DNA of 46,156 nt, counting the filler, from Basidiobolus ranarum (Eukaryota), in NCBI GenBank assembly GCA_040143965.1. It is 14 parts of 14 records of this genome, joined end to end, with 100 filler letters (N's around TTAATTAATTAA, not from the genome) between each part and the next. Parts side by side here need not be neighbours in the genome. Positions count along the whole stretch, not along the records: positions 12,113 to 13,112 come from JASJQH010006872.1; positions 13,213 to 14,212 come from JASJQH010006873.1; positions 14,313 to 46,156 come from JASJQH010006962.1; 11 more parts are not named here. One strand, written 5' to 3'. The notes beneath the pieces are model-generated. The model did not search any database, was not told the origin of the DNA, and saw only the letters and a program-made list of their open reading frames with translations. Each line of letters begins with the position of its first letter. The stretch's first letter is position 1. Below, piece by piece: positions 12,113 to 23,036 of the stretch. The position numbers and the translations under genes were made by a program.

Positions 12113-13112
12113 TATTAACATGTTCATATATTGGCCTAATATAATGAAGTTTATACAAGTTAAATTGCTTAGCTCCTGAAGCTACATAATTTCCTTTTGA
12201 TCCCTGATTGTACAGCCATTTTTATCCAAATTCAAGCTATATACCTAAGATGTAGCTTTACTCACTGATAACAAATATTTTGCAATTCCAGGCACATATA
12301 GCACATTTTTCAGTGTCAAATACATGTTCCTAGAGATGCCCCCAAGATCTACTTCAATTTCTCCCACTCCCAGAGCTTCTAGTGGCTGGTCATCTCCAAT
12401 TTATAAACCTTCTTGTTCATGTCAGTTTTGAGTGTCTTAAACCAGTTTTCTTGATTAGAGAGATGTGGAGAGGCTCCAGAATCAATATACCACAACCTAC
12501 AGTCTTGTTCAGAGGTCACTGATAGGGCAGAAATGAATCAAACTTCCTCTTTGGTTGAAATCTGACTTGCTTGTTCTGGCTTTTCATTTTTGTTGTAATT
12601 TCTTGATTTGCAATCTTTTAACTGGTGTCCTGGTTTGTTACAACCGTAGCATATACCAGGTCTCCTTTTTTTGTAACCTTTGTACTTGCCAAAGTTACGT
12701 TTTTTAGATCCAAAAAGAGCCACTTCCTCAGATTCTTTTTGCAAATTCTTACCTCTGAGATCTTGATCCATTAGCCTTGCCACCATAAACTTCAAACACA
12801 ACTTGACAGATCTTGCTTCCAAGGTTGTGACCAAGTTTGAGTACTGTTCTGGTAGACTACTTAGAAGAGTCATAATGACATCTGCTTCCTGTAAAGTTGC
12901 ACCAATATTTTCCTGTTGTTTTACCAAAAATCTCACATTTGCAATATGAGTAACCGTGCTTTAAGACTTTTCCATCTTTATATTAAAGAATTTTTGTGTG
13001 CAAAAGAGTCTATTAGCAAGACTCTTTGCTTCAAAACATTCTTCCAATATAGTCCAAGCTTGATGGGAAGTCTTTGCATATTGAATATTCACAAGTTGTG
13101 AATCCTTCAAAC
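12113..13112 (-). mobile_element. Ty1/copia gag, zinc knuckle and protease pseudogene
   Basis: LLSSLPEQY..LVTTLE gag motif; CYGCNKPGHQLKDC knuckle; WYIDSGASPH protease; NVLYVPGIAKYLLS. Confidence 0.92.
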
Positions 13113-13212
13113 NNNNNNNNNNNNNNNNNNNNNNNNNNNNNNNNNNNNNNNNNNNNTTAATTAATTAANNNNNNNNNNNNNNNNNNNNNNNNNNNNNNNN
13201 NNNNNNNNNNNN

Positions 13213-13796
13213 GGAAATATCTTGTAAATCCCCTGATGACTCTTCTGTGACACCATCTCAGAATCAGCGGAGGATATTGATAGGCTATACCTAGAGTACC
13301 ACCCTTATGTGGGAGGTATTCTTTTTCTACAATATCCTTCTCATGCTGCAACACAAATGTTTAAAGAAGCCCTGCTATTATTGTTGCATATTCTTGTGCT
13401 ACAAAAGCCGGGGCTTCATAAAAAAATAATCACAAGCACAGTCACTGTACAAAGCCACTAGCTGCACAAAGCCTGGTGTATAACAACAATAATAAGTGCA
13501 TTAAATGGACTTTAGTTTTGCCTATTGAGTCCACTGACTGTAGTTTGCCTCAAAGTTTTGGTAACACTGCCAAAAGTCAAGATACCATGGAGTTACCACA
13601 GTTATATGACCAGGATTATGTAGGTCAAAATGCAACTTTAGTTGAACCAGTAAGTCCAGACAACTTTGAGGACTTGCTGCTAGATGTTGACTATGGTTAT
13701 TCCAGTACCAATGGTAGTATATCAGAAGTTGAAGAAGTAGACAATGGTTTTGTTATGGCTCTTTGTTATCAGCAAACATTAGTCCACTCATAACAC
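13213..13796 (+). mobile_element. CACTA/EnSpm transposase N-terminal region (second copy), interrupted at 13796
   Basis: Near-identical to 5575..6015; diverges abruptly after CCACTCATAACAC. Confidence 0.8.
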
Positions 13797-14212
13797 AGGT
13801 CTTTGCAGAAATAAACTATGTGTGGGATGACATGATTGGTTAGGTTTCATGGAATGTTCCATAGAACATGACTTCCATATAAGGTAATTTGGATCAACTA
13901 ACACAAGATTGCTGAGAAGGGATGGCACAGCAGAAAACATGGCATAATCTAATAATAGAAGAGTTCTATTTACACTGGATCAGTATGACAACATCAGAAT
14001 CATGACAGGAAAGGCTTGCTGGCCAAGAATTTTAATTACCATAAACCTTCCTCCTTCTGAATGGTATAAGATTCATAATATTTTGATACTATCTATCATA
14101 TCTGGACCTAAATCACTGGTGCTTATAGATAGCTTGTTGTGGTCATGATTCTGATCTTGGCATACTGATCCACTGCATATGGAACTCTTCTATTATTAGA
14201 TTATGACATCAT
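13797..14212. repeat. Unknown insertion with internal inverted repeat (arms ~13939..14006 and 14142..14212)
   Basis: CATAATCTAATAATAGAAGAGTTC...GGATCAGTATG...ATCAGAATCATGAC is mirrored at the contig end. Confidence 0.75.
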
Positions 14213-14312
14213 NNNNNNNNNNNNNNNNNNNNNNNNNNNNNNNNNNNNNNNNNNNNTTAATTAATTAANNNNNNNNNNNNNNNNNNNNNNNNNNNNNNNN
14301 NNNNNNNNNNNN

Positions 14313-15455
14313 GTGGTATTATCCCAGTAGCGACTCCATCCAGAAATAGGGGTGGTAGGTCCACTCTTGAGGATCTCACTACGAAGATATTTCCAGGCCC
14401 AAAGCCCACCATAAGAAGATTCTCCACGGCAGAAAGTATTTAACTCCAGAGAATCGGAGGGATCTCCTCTTGGAGTGCTAGCTTCTTTTGATACGTATTG
14501 GTTAGAAGGGTTGGAATTCATATCAACGGTAGCTGTCAAAGATCTTCCATAGAAAGGTAAGCCCATGACAAGTTTGTCGGCTGGCCATTTTGCATCTAAC
14601 CAAGCCTTCATTGCTTGACGGAAAGAAGTAGAGTCCCCTCCCTGTTCATCATAATCAAATGGCGCGTTAGGACCGGTAGTGGTTGACCAATCTCCATTGA
14701 TATCGTAGGCCATTACATTGACGAAATCGAAGTATTGGGCATATGCGGAAACATCAGGAAGAGGAGTGCCATTTTGCCCATCGAATGGTTGTACTCCCAC
14801 CGCGGCGGTCAAGAGTTTATGTTCGTTGGGAAACTCTTGGTCCAAAGCAGCACGGAGCTCTTTGAGCAGTACCAGATAGTTGGCCGAATCAGCCGCATCA
14901 TAAACATTACATTTTGCTGCTGCTCTACCAGGGTATTCCCAATCTATATCAATACCATCCAAATCCCAGCCATCTGGAATATCATCATCAGTCTTAGTGT
15001 TCTTTCGAACGAAAACCATAGTGTTATTGATGAATTTCTGGCGAAGAGCTGGATCACGGGCAACAAGAGAGAATGTTTGACCTCCTGTCCACCCCCCAAG
15101 GGAAATCTGAACTTTTACTCCCTTGGGTTTAGCTAGTTGCTTTAATTGACGGATAGCATTGCCATCATAGTAAGGATCTATAAAGATGTTGGCGGGATCA
15201 TTTTTCTTAGTTAATACGCCAAAGCCTAGAATATGGAAGAATGAATGAGTAAAGCATTTGTGGTGGAGATTGAGAGATGAAAAATAGCTTACCATAGTTA
15301 ATGTGGGTTAATTTATCATAGTTAAGTTGGTTAGGCTGAACTTTTCCCCAAGGAACAAAATATCCGACTACAACTTTATCATCCTTAACCTCGCTTGGAC
15401 TAGCTAGAGCGCTAATTGCAAACAGAGTGGGAATTAAGACAAAGTTAGGTCTCAT
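14313..15455 (-). CDS. GH18 chitinase, secreted; 3'-truncated by contig edge. Exons 15455..15293 and 15225..14313
   Basis: Signal peptide MRPNFVLIPTLFAISALA; VVGYF, THINYGF, SLGGW; catalytic DGIDIDWEYP; MAYD; 67-nt GT-AG intron. Confidence 0.95.
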
Positions 15456-16410
15456 TTTTTCCAAAAGAGAAGTATCCTACCTGTGCTTCTAGGTACTAGT
15501 TATATACCTCGTTATTACTTCTAGGAACTAAGGTGGATTGGACGAGAATTTGTTTAAAAAACAGTTTGATTTAATTAATCGAATGTTGATTATTAAGCCC
15601 ATACATATGTTCATGTTCGATCTCATGCATGTCTTTGGGTTATTATGTACTTGATGTTACAGGTTGGTTTGAAGTTCGTTCACATGAGAGCTTTCTTCAA
15701 CAATGCTATGAACAGCATTGAAAATAAAGAGATCAAGAATTTTGGGAATGGGAGGGAGGAAGCATATAGACATAGTAACTAAGTTTAATCACAAACTGAT
15801 CTACTGCATACAGTCTGATCTCACCAAAATAAGGAAGATGTGCATAAAATTCAGGAACATTAACAGGAAACAATCGGACTTTTGTTGAACATCAAAAATA
15901 CCCATCAGCCTCTATCACACGATAGCATAGTAATAGCAACTCTCACCCATGCAGTGTCGTTAAAAGAATGCGGTATTTATATTCAGAATAGAATTCAAGT
16001 CAACTACGCAGCCATAGGCAATCACTATTTTAGGATAGAGTGTAGTGTGATGTATGTAGGCGAACCAGTAACGTTACCAGTTATATATTCGAATTGCCTT
16101 ACGCTCAATCAGGCTTGCTCTAGAGAGCAGTTTACGAATTATACCTAAATAGGCTTTTGTGCACTATCACAATAGGCAATTTTCGCAACTTTAGAAATTG
16201 ATGGTCAGTAGTCAGTGTTAATAAGTACTAATTTAGTAATTGTGAGTTGAAGTCTTTCACTGATTCTGCTAGTAGTATGACCACGGTGTGTTGTTTACGA
16301 GCTTTAGCGATATCGTAGAGAAGTAAATAGTCCGTGTATGCTCTCTTCTATAAAAGAGATGTTCGAGTTACATTTAAAAATCAGAATCCATCAATAGCTA
16401 CAACAATAAG

Positions 16411-17959
16411 ATGAAGGCCATATTTCTCCTCTCAGCATTGACTTTGGCTCCAATGATTTTGGCCGCTAGCGACAAGGTCGTTGTTGGATACTACGTCCCT
16501 TGGGGAAATGTTCAACCTAACCAACTTAACTACGACAAAGTAACCCATATTAACTATGGTAGGCTAGTTGTCATCTCTCAATCTCCACCTCAAACGCTTT
16601 ACTAATTTCTTCTTCCATATTCTAGGCTTTGGCGTATTAACTAAGAAAAATGATCCCGCCAACATCTTCATAGACCCTTACTATGATGGAGATGCTATCC
16701 TTCAACTAAAGCAACTAGCCAAGGCTAAAGGAGTCAAGGTTCAGATGTCAGTTGGAGGCTGGACTGGAAGTCAGACGTTCTCTCTTGTTGCTCGTGATCC
16801 AGCTCTTCGCCAGAAATTCATCAATAACACTATGGTTTTCGTTCGAAAGAACACGAAAACTAGTGACGATGGTATTCCAAATGGCTGGGATTTGGATGGT
16901 ATTGATATAGATTGGGAATACCCTGGTAGAGCAGCAGCAAAATGTAATGTTTATGATGCGGCTGATTCGGCCAACTATCTGGTACTGCTCAAAGAGCTCC
17001 GTGCTGCTCTGGACAAAGAGTTTCCCAACGAACATAAACTCTTGACCGCTGCAGTGAGAGTGCAGCCATTCGATGGGCAAAATGGCACTCCTCTTCCTGA
17101 TGTTTCCGCATATGCCCAATACTTCGATTTCATCAATGTAATGGCTTACGATATTATGGGTGATTGGTCAACCACTACCGGTCCTAACGCGCCATTAGAT
17201 TACGATTCCAAGCGCGGCGATCCGTTCTCATTCCGTCAAGCAATGAAGGCTTGGTTAGATGCAAAATGGCCAACTGACAAACTTGTCATGGGCTTACCTT
17301 TCTATGGAAGATCTTTGACAGCTACCGTTGATATGAACGCCGACCCTTCTAACCAATACGCACCCAAAAGTGCCACAGTTCCGAAAGGCGATCCGGCCGA
17401 TTCCAATGATCCAAACTTTTTCTGTAACGAAGGGACTTCCTATGGTGGGCTCTGGGCCTGGAAATATCTTCGTAGTGAGATCCTCAAGAGTGGACCTACC
17501 ACCCCTATTTCTGGATGGAGTCGCTACTGGGATAATACCACCCAAACCCCCTGGTTATTTAGTGCTACTAGCAAGACGTATATTTCCTACGACGATCCTC
17601 AGTCCCTCAAGACTAAAGTGGACTACACTAAGCAACAAGGGCTTCGTGGTGTCATGTTCTGGGATATAACAAACGATATCAACGACGAGTTACTGGATGT
17701 TCTTCAAGACATTCATGAACCTAGATCAGTAGTCAAGGTCAATGTTTCAACCCCGGTATCCTCCAAACACCTACCACTAGCTCCAGTGACAGATATCAAT
17801 GTTTGCTCAGGTGCTTCCAACTGGAGCTCTGAGGTAAGATATAAAATGGCACAGAAAGTCATATACAACGGTCAGCTCTGGCAAGCCAAGTGGAAAACAC
17901 ATGGCCAAATCCCAGGAGGCACGAAAGGTTGTTGGAGTCTGGTGGAAGCTTGTCAGTAG
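16411..17959 (+). CDS. GH18 chitinase with C-terminal CBM5/12 (ChtBD3) domain. Exons 16411..16558 and 16626..17959
   Basis: Signal peptide; DGIDIDWEYP; ISYDDPQS; GVMFW; Pro/Ser/Val linker; W...Y...KVIYNGQLWQAKW..GQIPG...W. TATAAAAG at ~16348. Confidence 0.96.
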
Positions 17960-18548
17960 CAAGAAATATTCACTCAGTAATTATTCAGCTTTTTGTACAT
18001 TTGAATATATATTGACATAACAAGCTATATCAACGTCTCCTAGTCATAATAGCTAAATAGAAGCCCCACCCCTTAAAATAGCTCGAACTAATTTCTAATC
18101 CGTCACTATATTACTGGAGTCTCAACGACAGATCGTATATAGTTACAACTTAACATTAGGATATTTATAAAATTCCACACTTTATTTTACAGCACAGCGT
18201 GTATTTATAGTTCAATACAAGTTGAGAATTCCATCCAATCAACGACTTAAAAGTCATCTGTTGTCAAAAACAAGCAACTAAAGAAATTAAAGTCAATTGA
18301 ATGCACTTGGCATGTAATCAGAATATTCAATGCAAGGAAGGATTTGAATGATTGCCAAGTTTTGATTAAGGTCCCAAGAGAATACCCCTAGATTTTCCTC
18401 AATCTGTGGTGGATACTATAGATGTATATTGAAATACTTAATTACGCCGTCGATAAATCTGATTACCTGTTAAAAGTATTACTCAATATATTGACCTATC
18501 TCATTAGTTAACTTTGCTTTCTACTCCGACTAAGTAGCATTTAGAAAC

Positions 18549-19675
18549 ATGAGCTCAGCACGTATTCCTTCCGATGTCTCATCACCACCATTGCTTGATG
18601 ACGATGACTTGAACGTTGATCTATCTACCACTCCTTCTTTGACTATGCCTAGTGTATCAGGTAATATTGGATCTGGTATTAATGGCCAAGCCAATCCGAG
18701 TAGAACCTTCGAAGATACTCTCGATGAACCTATTAGCGTTACAATTGTATGTATTCCGATTAGGTCTTATATTTTAAACTTTAAATCTCGCTAGGAAACT
18801 GCGGATTGTGTTTTTCTCTTGTATACATTTCTAGGGATTTTTGTCACCAAAGTTAAAAATTGCTTATTATCCATATAGATGCGTGATTTAAGTAACATCC
18901 AGAAAAAATGCAAGCAAGTCTTATTACCAAAGGGAAGAAACGACGCTCTTAAGGATTGTGAGTTATTTAGTGTTACATATATTTCAATTCACTTGTACTC
19001 GAGCACTTTTCCCAAGTCAACCAATGATACTAACAATGCGTTTCTAAGGGGATCTCTGGGGACCTTTACTCTTATGCCTGGTCCTTGCTATGTAAGATTT
19101 AATAGACATTAATCACGTATGTTTAAATCTGTGACTAAGCCGTATCTTGTTATAGCATGTTGAGTTTGATGGCACCCGCTGAACAATCGGCCTCCGTATT
19201 TACAGGAATATTTGTTATTATTTGGTTTGGTGCAGCTGTTGTCACCTTAAATGCCAAACTACTAGGGGGCAAAGTGTAAGTTGATTTCATTGGTTACAAC
19301 GAAGTAAGTTGCTCCAGTTATTCATTATAATTTTACTTGTAGATCATTTTTCCAAAGTGTTTGCGTTCTTGGTTATTGCGTGTTTCCACTTGACATTGCT
19401 GCGATTATTTCTTTCTTTGTTGGCTGGATATTGGTTCGTCTCATATTTGTTGTCGTGGCATTTGGTTGGTCCACTTATGGTACTGTATTTGATTTGATAT
19501 GTTGACGTTGGCGAATGCTGAATACCGAGAAAGATTACTAATACTCTTGCAATGATTTTCATTAGCCTCTATTGGATTCTTGAGTGATGTACATTTAAAC
19601 AATCGTCGTACACTTGCTGTTTACCCCATCTTCCTCTTTTATTTCGTCATATCTTGGATGATTCTTATCTCTTAA
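18549..19675 (+). CDS. YIPF6: Yip1-domain Golgi membrane protein (YIPF6/Yip4-like), 6 exons
   Basis: Spliced motifs DTLDEPIS.TIMRDL, DWDLWGPLLLCL, VTLNAKLLGG, SFFQSVCVLGYC, LAVYPIFLFYF. Confidence 0.9.
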
Positions 19676-19976
19676 AGGGCTGTTGTCTAGCGATTTACAG
19701 AGCCTTGAGATGAACTGCTTGACTTGTTTACGATCGACAGATTTAACGATACATGAGACGTCCAACTCCCCTCTACCTTGTTAACCTCACAAAATACGCG
19801 ATTCAAATATATACGTATATACACACTCACTCCCTCATTTATTAATTATTCTTTTACATTTAAACAATTAAAGTGTGATATGAAGACAGTTCATCTTAAA
19901 ATTATCTACCTAATGACGGATGATGAATTTACATGAAAGAAATTGAAGCAAACTGATCGATACTATACATATCCAC

Positions 19977-22023
19977 TTAATTCCCTTGGCCTGATGTGAA
20001 TTTGTACTTGTTGGCTGGTTCATTTCCATTGGTGGAATCGGGTATGTGATATGGTCCCGCACGTTGCCGGCGTTTCCTCAACTCCTCATTTAATATCTTC
20101 TCCGCATCTAGCATTAACCGTGCACCGACGTCGGAATCGGTTCTATACAAGAAATACAAACAAAGGTTACGGATGGCGTCTTGAGCTTGTCTATCTGAGT
20201 AGAAGGTAGGCTGAGAAGGCTGATAGTCATCATGAGCTGAAAAATGGGACTGTGAAGGTAAAGGTAAAGGCGTTTGTGTAGTTTGAATAGTTGTCTCAGA
20301 GGTGGAGGGAGGAGAATGTTGAGAGTCTATCCGGTCTGTATGGTTGATTTCAGATAAATTATTCTCGCTATGGGTTTCGCTTCCTTCAACTTCGTCCCGT
20401 CTATATTCTAGATATTCTGCATTCGATAGATTATGTGCGCCAAAAGATACATTAGAGTTACTCGGGTTGGGGGTAATACCAAAAGACCTGGTAGAGCTAT
20501 CGAAACTAGCCTCATCGATGAGTGGAGTAGTCTCTTCATTTACTATGGAGTTTCCCTCTTCCATCAGTGCTAAGAAATCCGCATATGCAGCAGGAGCTAC
20601 ACGACTCAGGTGCTCCATAATGCTCTCTATTCGTGTTGTAAGCTCTGAATCTGTTGAAGTAAACAAGACTGATGGTAACTTGGGGCTATCTGAGAGGTTG
20701 GAGAGTAAACTGAGTTGGGATCTATCGATCTCTTGAGGTAGAACCTTGGCCATATTCCAAGAGTTGCGAATTACGTCCGCTGAAATATCACACCACGACT
20801 TTGCTACTAAAACTAGTGTATCAAGAAGATTTAGACGAGGGATTGGCTCTAAAGATCCTAATTCAGCCTGCTGAATCAACCATGATGCGAACGAATATTT
20901 ATAATGAGCTCTGAAATTTTCCAGGATTCCTGCACTCATGGGGTACGTTCGAATGGCAGATTTGGACGGGAGAAAATGAAGTCGAACATGGCATAAAGAC
21001 CACTCTTCTATAGTTGAACTGTATACTTCATCGAGAAGCAAGATCACTTTGCGTCCGCTCATACGATCATCAAACCATTTGAGCCATCTAGAACAATAAT
21101 ACGCAAAGTTAATAATGCTTTCAAGAAGAGCTAGGGGGTTTGATAGACCACTTACTTTTGGAGAATTTGAACACTCAATGAAGCGGGTGGATTGAATTCA
21201 TATTGAATATCGGATGGGCGAGCCTGTAAGTCTCTTAAGGAACGTGGGTTTTGATATTGACCGATAACCAACGGAGGGACCATGTCACTAGCACTACTAT
21301 TACAACATAAAAGCACCGATACCGTTTCTTTGTTGTCTCTGTGATCCATTTGCTGTTGTGCAGATGTTACACCTTCACTAGTTCCTAATTGACTATTATA
21401 AGTTAACATATGTACGAGGTAGATAGGAATGGCTAGAGAGGTTAGTTTCGTATCGAATCCTACCTATAGTATAGCCTAGTGCTACCAAGAGAATATATAT
21501 CTTGTAGTTTGTATGCTGATAAAATCGTTTGTATATCAATTACTGTAGTAACAACTACTGATACATCTGAAGCACAGTCTGCACTAGTCACTAAACTTTG
21601 GCGTATACCGTTGCGCTTTTTGAATCTATCTACCCAACCATTAGAGAAAGATAAAGCACCTTCTGGCATGTTGAGATCGCTGGCAAGTTTGTGTGCTTTT
21701 TCCACAATCATCTTATCACTAATATTAGGTACAGTAGATTGGATTTGTAGGCACCATTCCTTTAATGAATTTTCCAAATCGGGGTATTTTACCCCACGTA
21801 AACGTTTCGCATGTAGGTTGTGCTTGCCATTCATATACTCTTCTCGTCGTTTTAGTACTTTTGATACAGTAGATCGATCGATGATGACTGCAAATTTCTC
21901 TTCGACCCACTTGGACAGACGTGTCTGTGTCCACGAAGGGTTTTCTTCCGCTTGACGGCATAGATATTGGCGTTGCTCAATCGATAAAGAACCGTTTCTT
22001 CCACCCGACTTTGTAGTCCGCAT
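19977..22023 (-). CDS. CENP-B/Pdc2-like domesticated pogo/Tigger transposase-derived protein. Exons 22023..21464, 21392..21156, 21087..19977
   Basis: HTH-psq (LSIEQRQYLC...WTQTRLSKW..RSTVSKVLK); HTH_Tnp_Tc5 (YPDLENSLKEW...FSNGWVDRFKKRNGI); DDE_1-like (VSVLLCCNSS, PLVIG, WLKWFDDRM..RKVILLLD); two in-frame GT-AG introns. Confidence 0.88.
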
Positions 22024-23036
22024 CTTTTCGACTCTTCAATATTGAAGGGAAACCTTTTCTAGACTTGTCTAAAGACTCTATTTGATTTCTATTATTACCA
22101 AAGCGAAATGGATTCAGTAAAAGCACACTATTTGGTGACAATGAAAGTGTGACTTTATGATTTAGGGGAAAAGCAAATTCGATATTAAATGAGAAATGTA
22201 TATTGAGAAAAAGCTGAAAGGTGAAATTAGGATTCGCATGGCAGTCCTGCATTGATTCCCAAGGTTTAGGAATCACGTGCTGTGGTGATAATCTGACTAA
22301 CACTATGTTTGGAGATATTCATGTTAAAGAACTCCTACACAATTTCCAATGAGATGAAAAATTTAAAGTAATGATGATCGTCAGCTTACATAGGTAAAGT
22401 TACCCCTTACCTATATTACAAGCAAAATGACTTTATCTGAGCTACCCTTACCCTTACCCTCACCCTCACCCGTGCCCTCACCTGCATCCTTGCAATTGGC
22501 ATAATTTAGAAATGCAGAGGTTTGGTCAAAGCGAAGGACAAGATCAAGTAGTCAAGGGGTGCTAGATAACAGAGCCGAATTCATCCAATGATATGTCCAT
22601 AAATTCATTAATGTTATCCTCCTTAAATATGGCAGCTAATTAATTCGGATCTTGTTGCAGAGTTAATTATTTGACTACCTGTTTTGTCAATGCTTTTACC
22701 TCCCCAATTACATCTAGGCTGGCTTAGCTGGCATAAGTAAGTAGCAACTTGACCCTCCTCCACCAACCTGTTCAATTGCTTTTCCAATCATCGCTAGATG
22801 TCACGCCCCTCCCCTGACACAGAAATACCCCCCTCTCTCACTCTATTCACCCGAGCATTTGAATACTCCTAGTTGATGCTTCCAAGGTAGGTTTGAGCTC
22901 ATGTGAAACCATATCGGGTTATCTTATTAAGTGTAGTTCGGCTTAGCTTTTCTCTCTTACTCCCTCTTTCTGTTCAGAGTTACCTAACCTCTCTTTAATA
23001 TCCTTACCTAAAACAAATAGTTCTACTGACAATAAT

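Larger units (their letters stand above)
1003..14312. other. 13 artificial contig-joining spacers (44 N + TTAATTAATTAA + 44 N) at 1003, 2105, 3207, 4309, 5410, 6511, 7612, 8713, 9813, 10913, 12013, 13113 and 14213 (each 100 bp)
   Basis: Identical 100-bp spacer whose 12-mer places stops in all six frames. Intervening contigs fall in length 1002>1001>1000 bp, then one long contig starts at 14313. Adjacency across spacers is not biological. Confidence 0.98.

Noticed and set aside
1003-14312. Regular ~1100-bp periodicity with a conserved TTAATTAATTAA, superficially like an array or CRISPR
   Set aside because: Artificial six-frame-stop linker embedded in Ns.
14735-17669. Alternative and antisense ORFs over the chitinases, including two similar MGICGNIRKR ORFs
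   Set aside because: Shadows of the duplicated chitinase coding sequence.
22371-22440. Possible C/D snoRNA (ATGATGA...CTGA) with an internal hairpin
   Set aside because: Weak terminal stem, no recognisable C'/D' boxes or rRNA complement; a snoscan/Rfam search would be needed.
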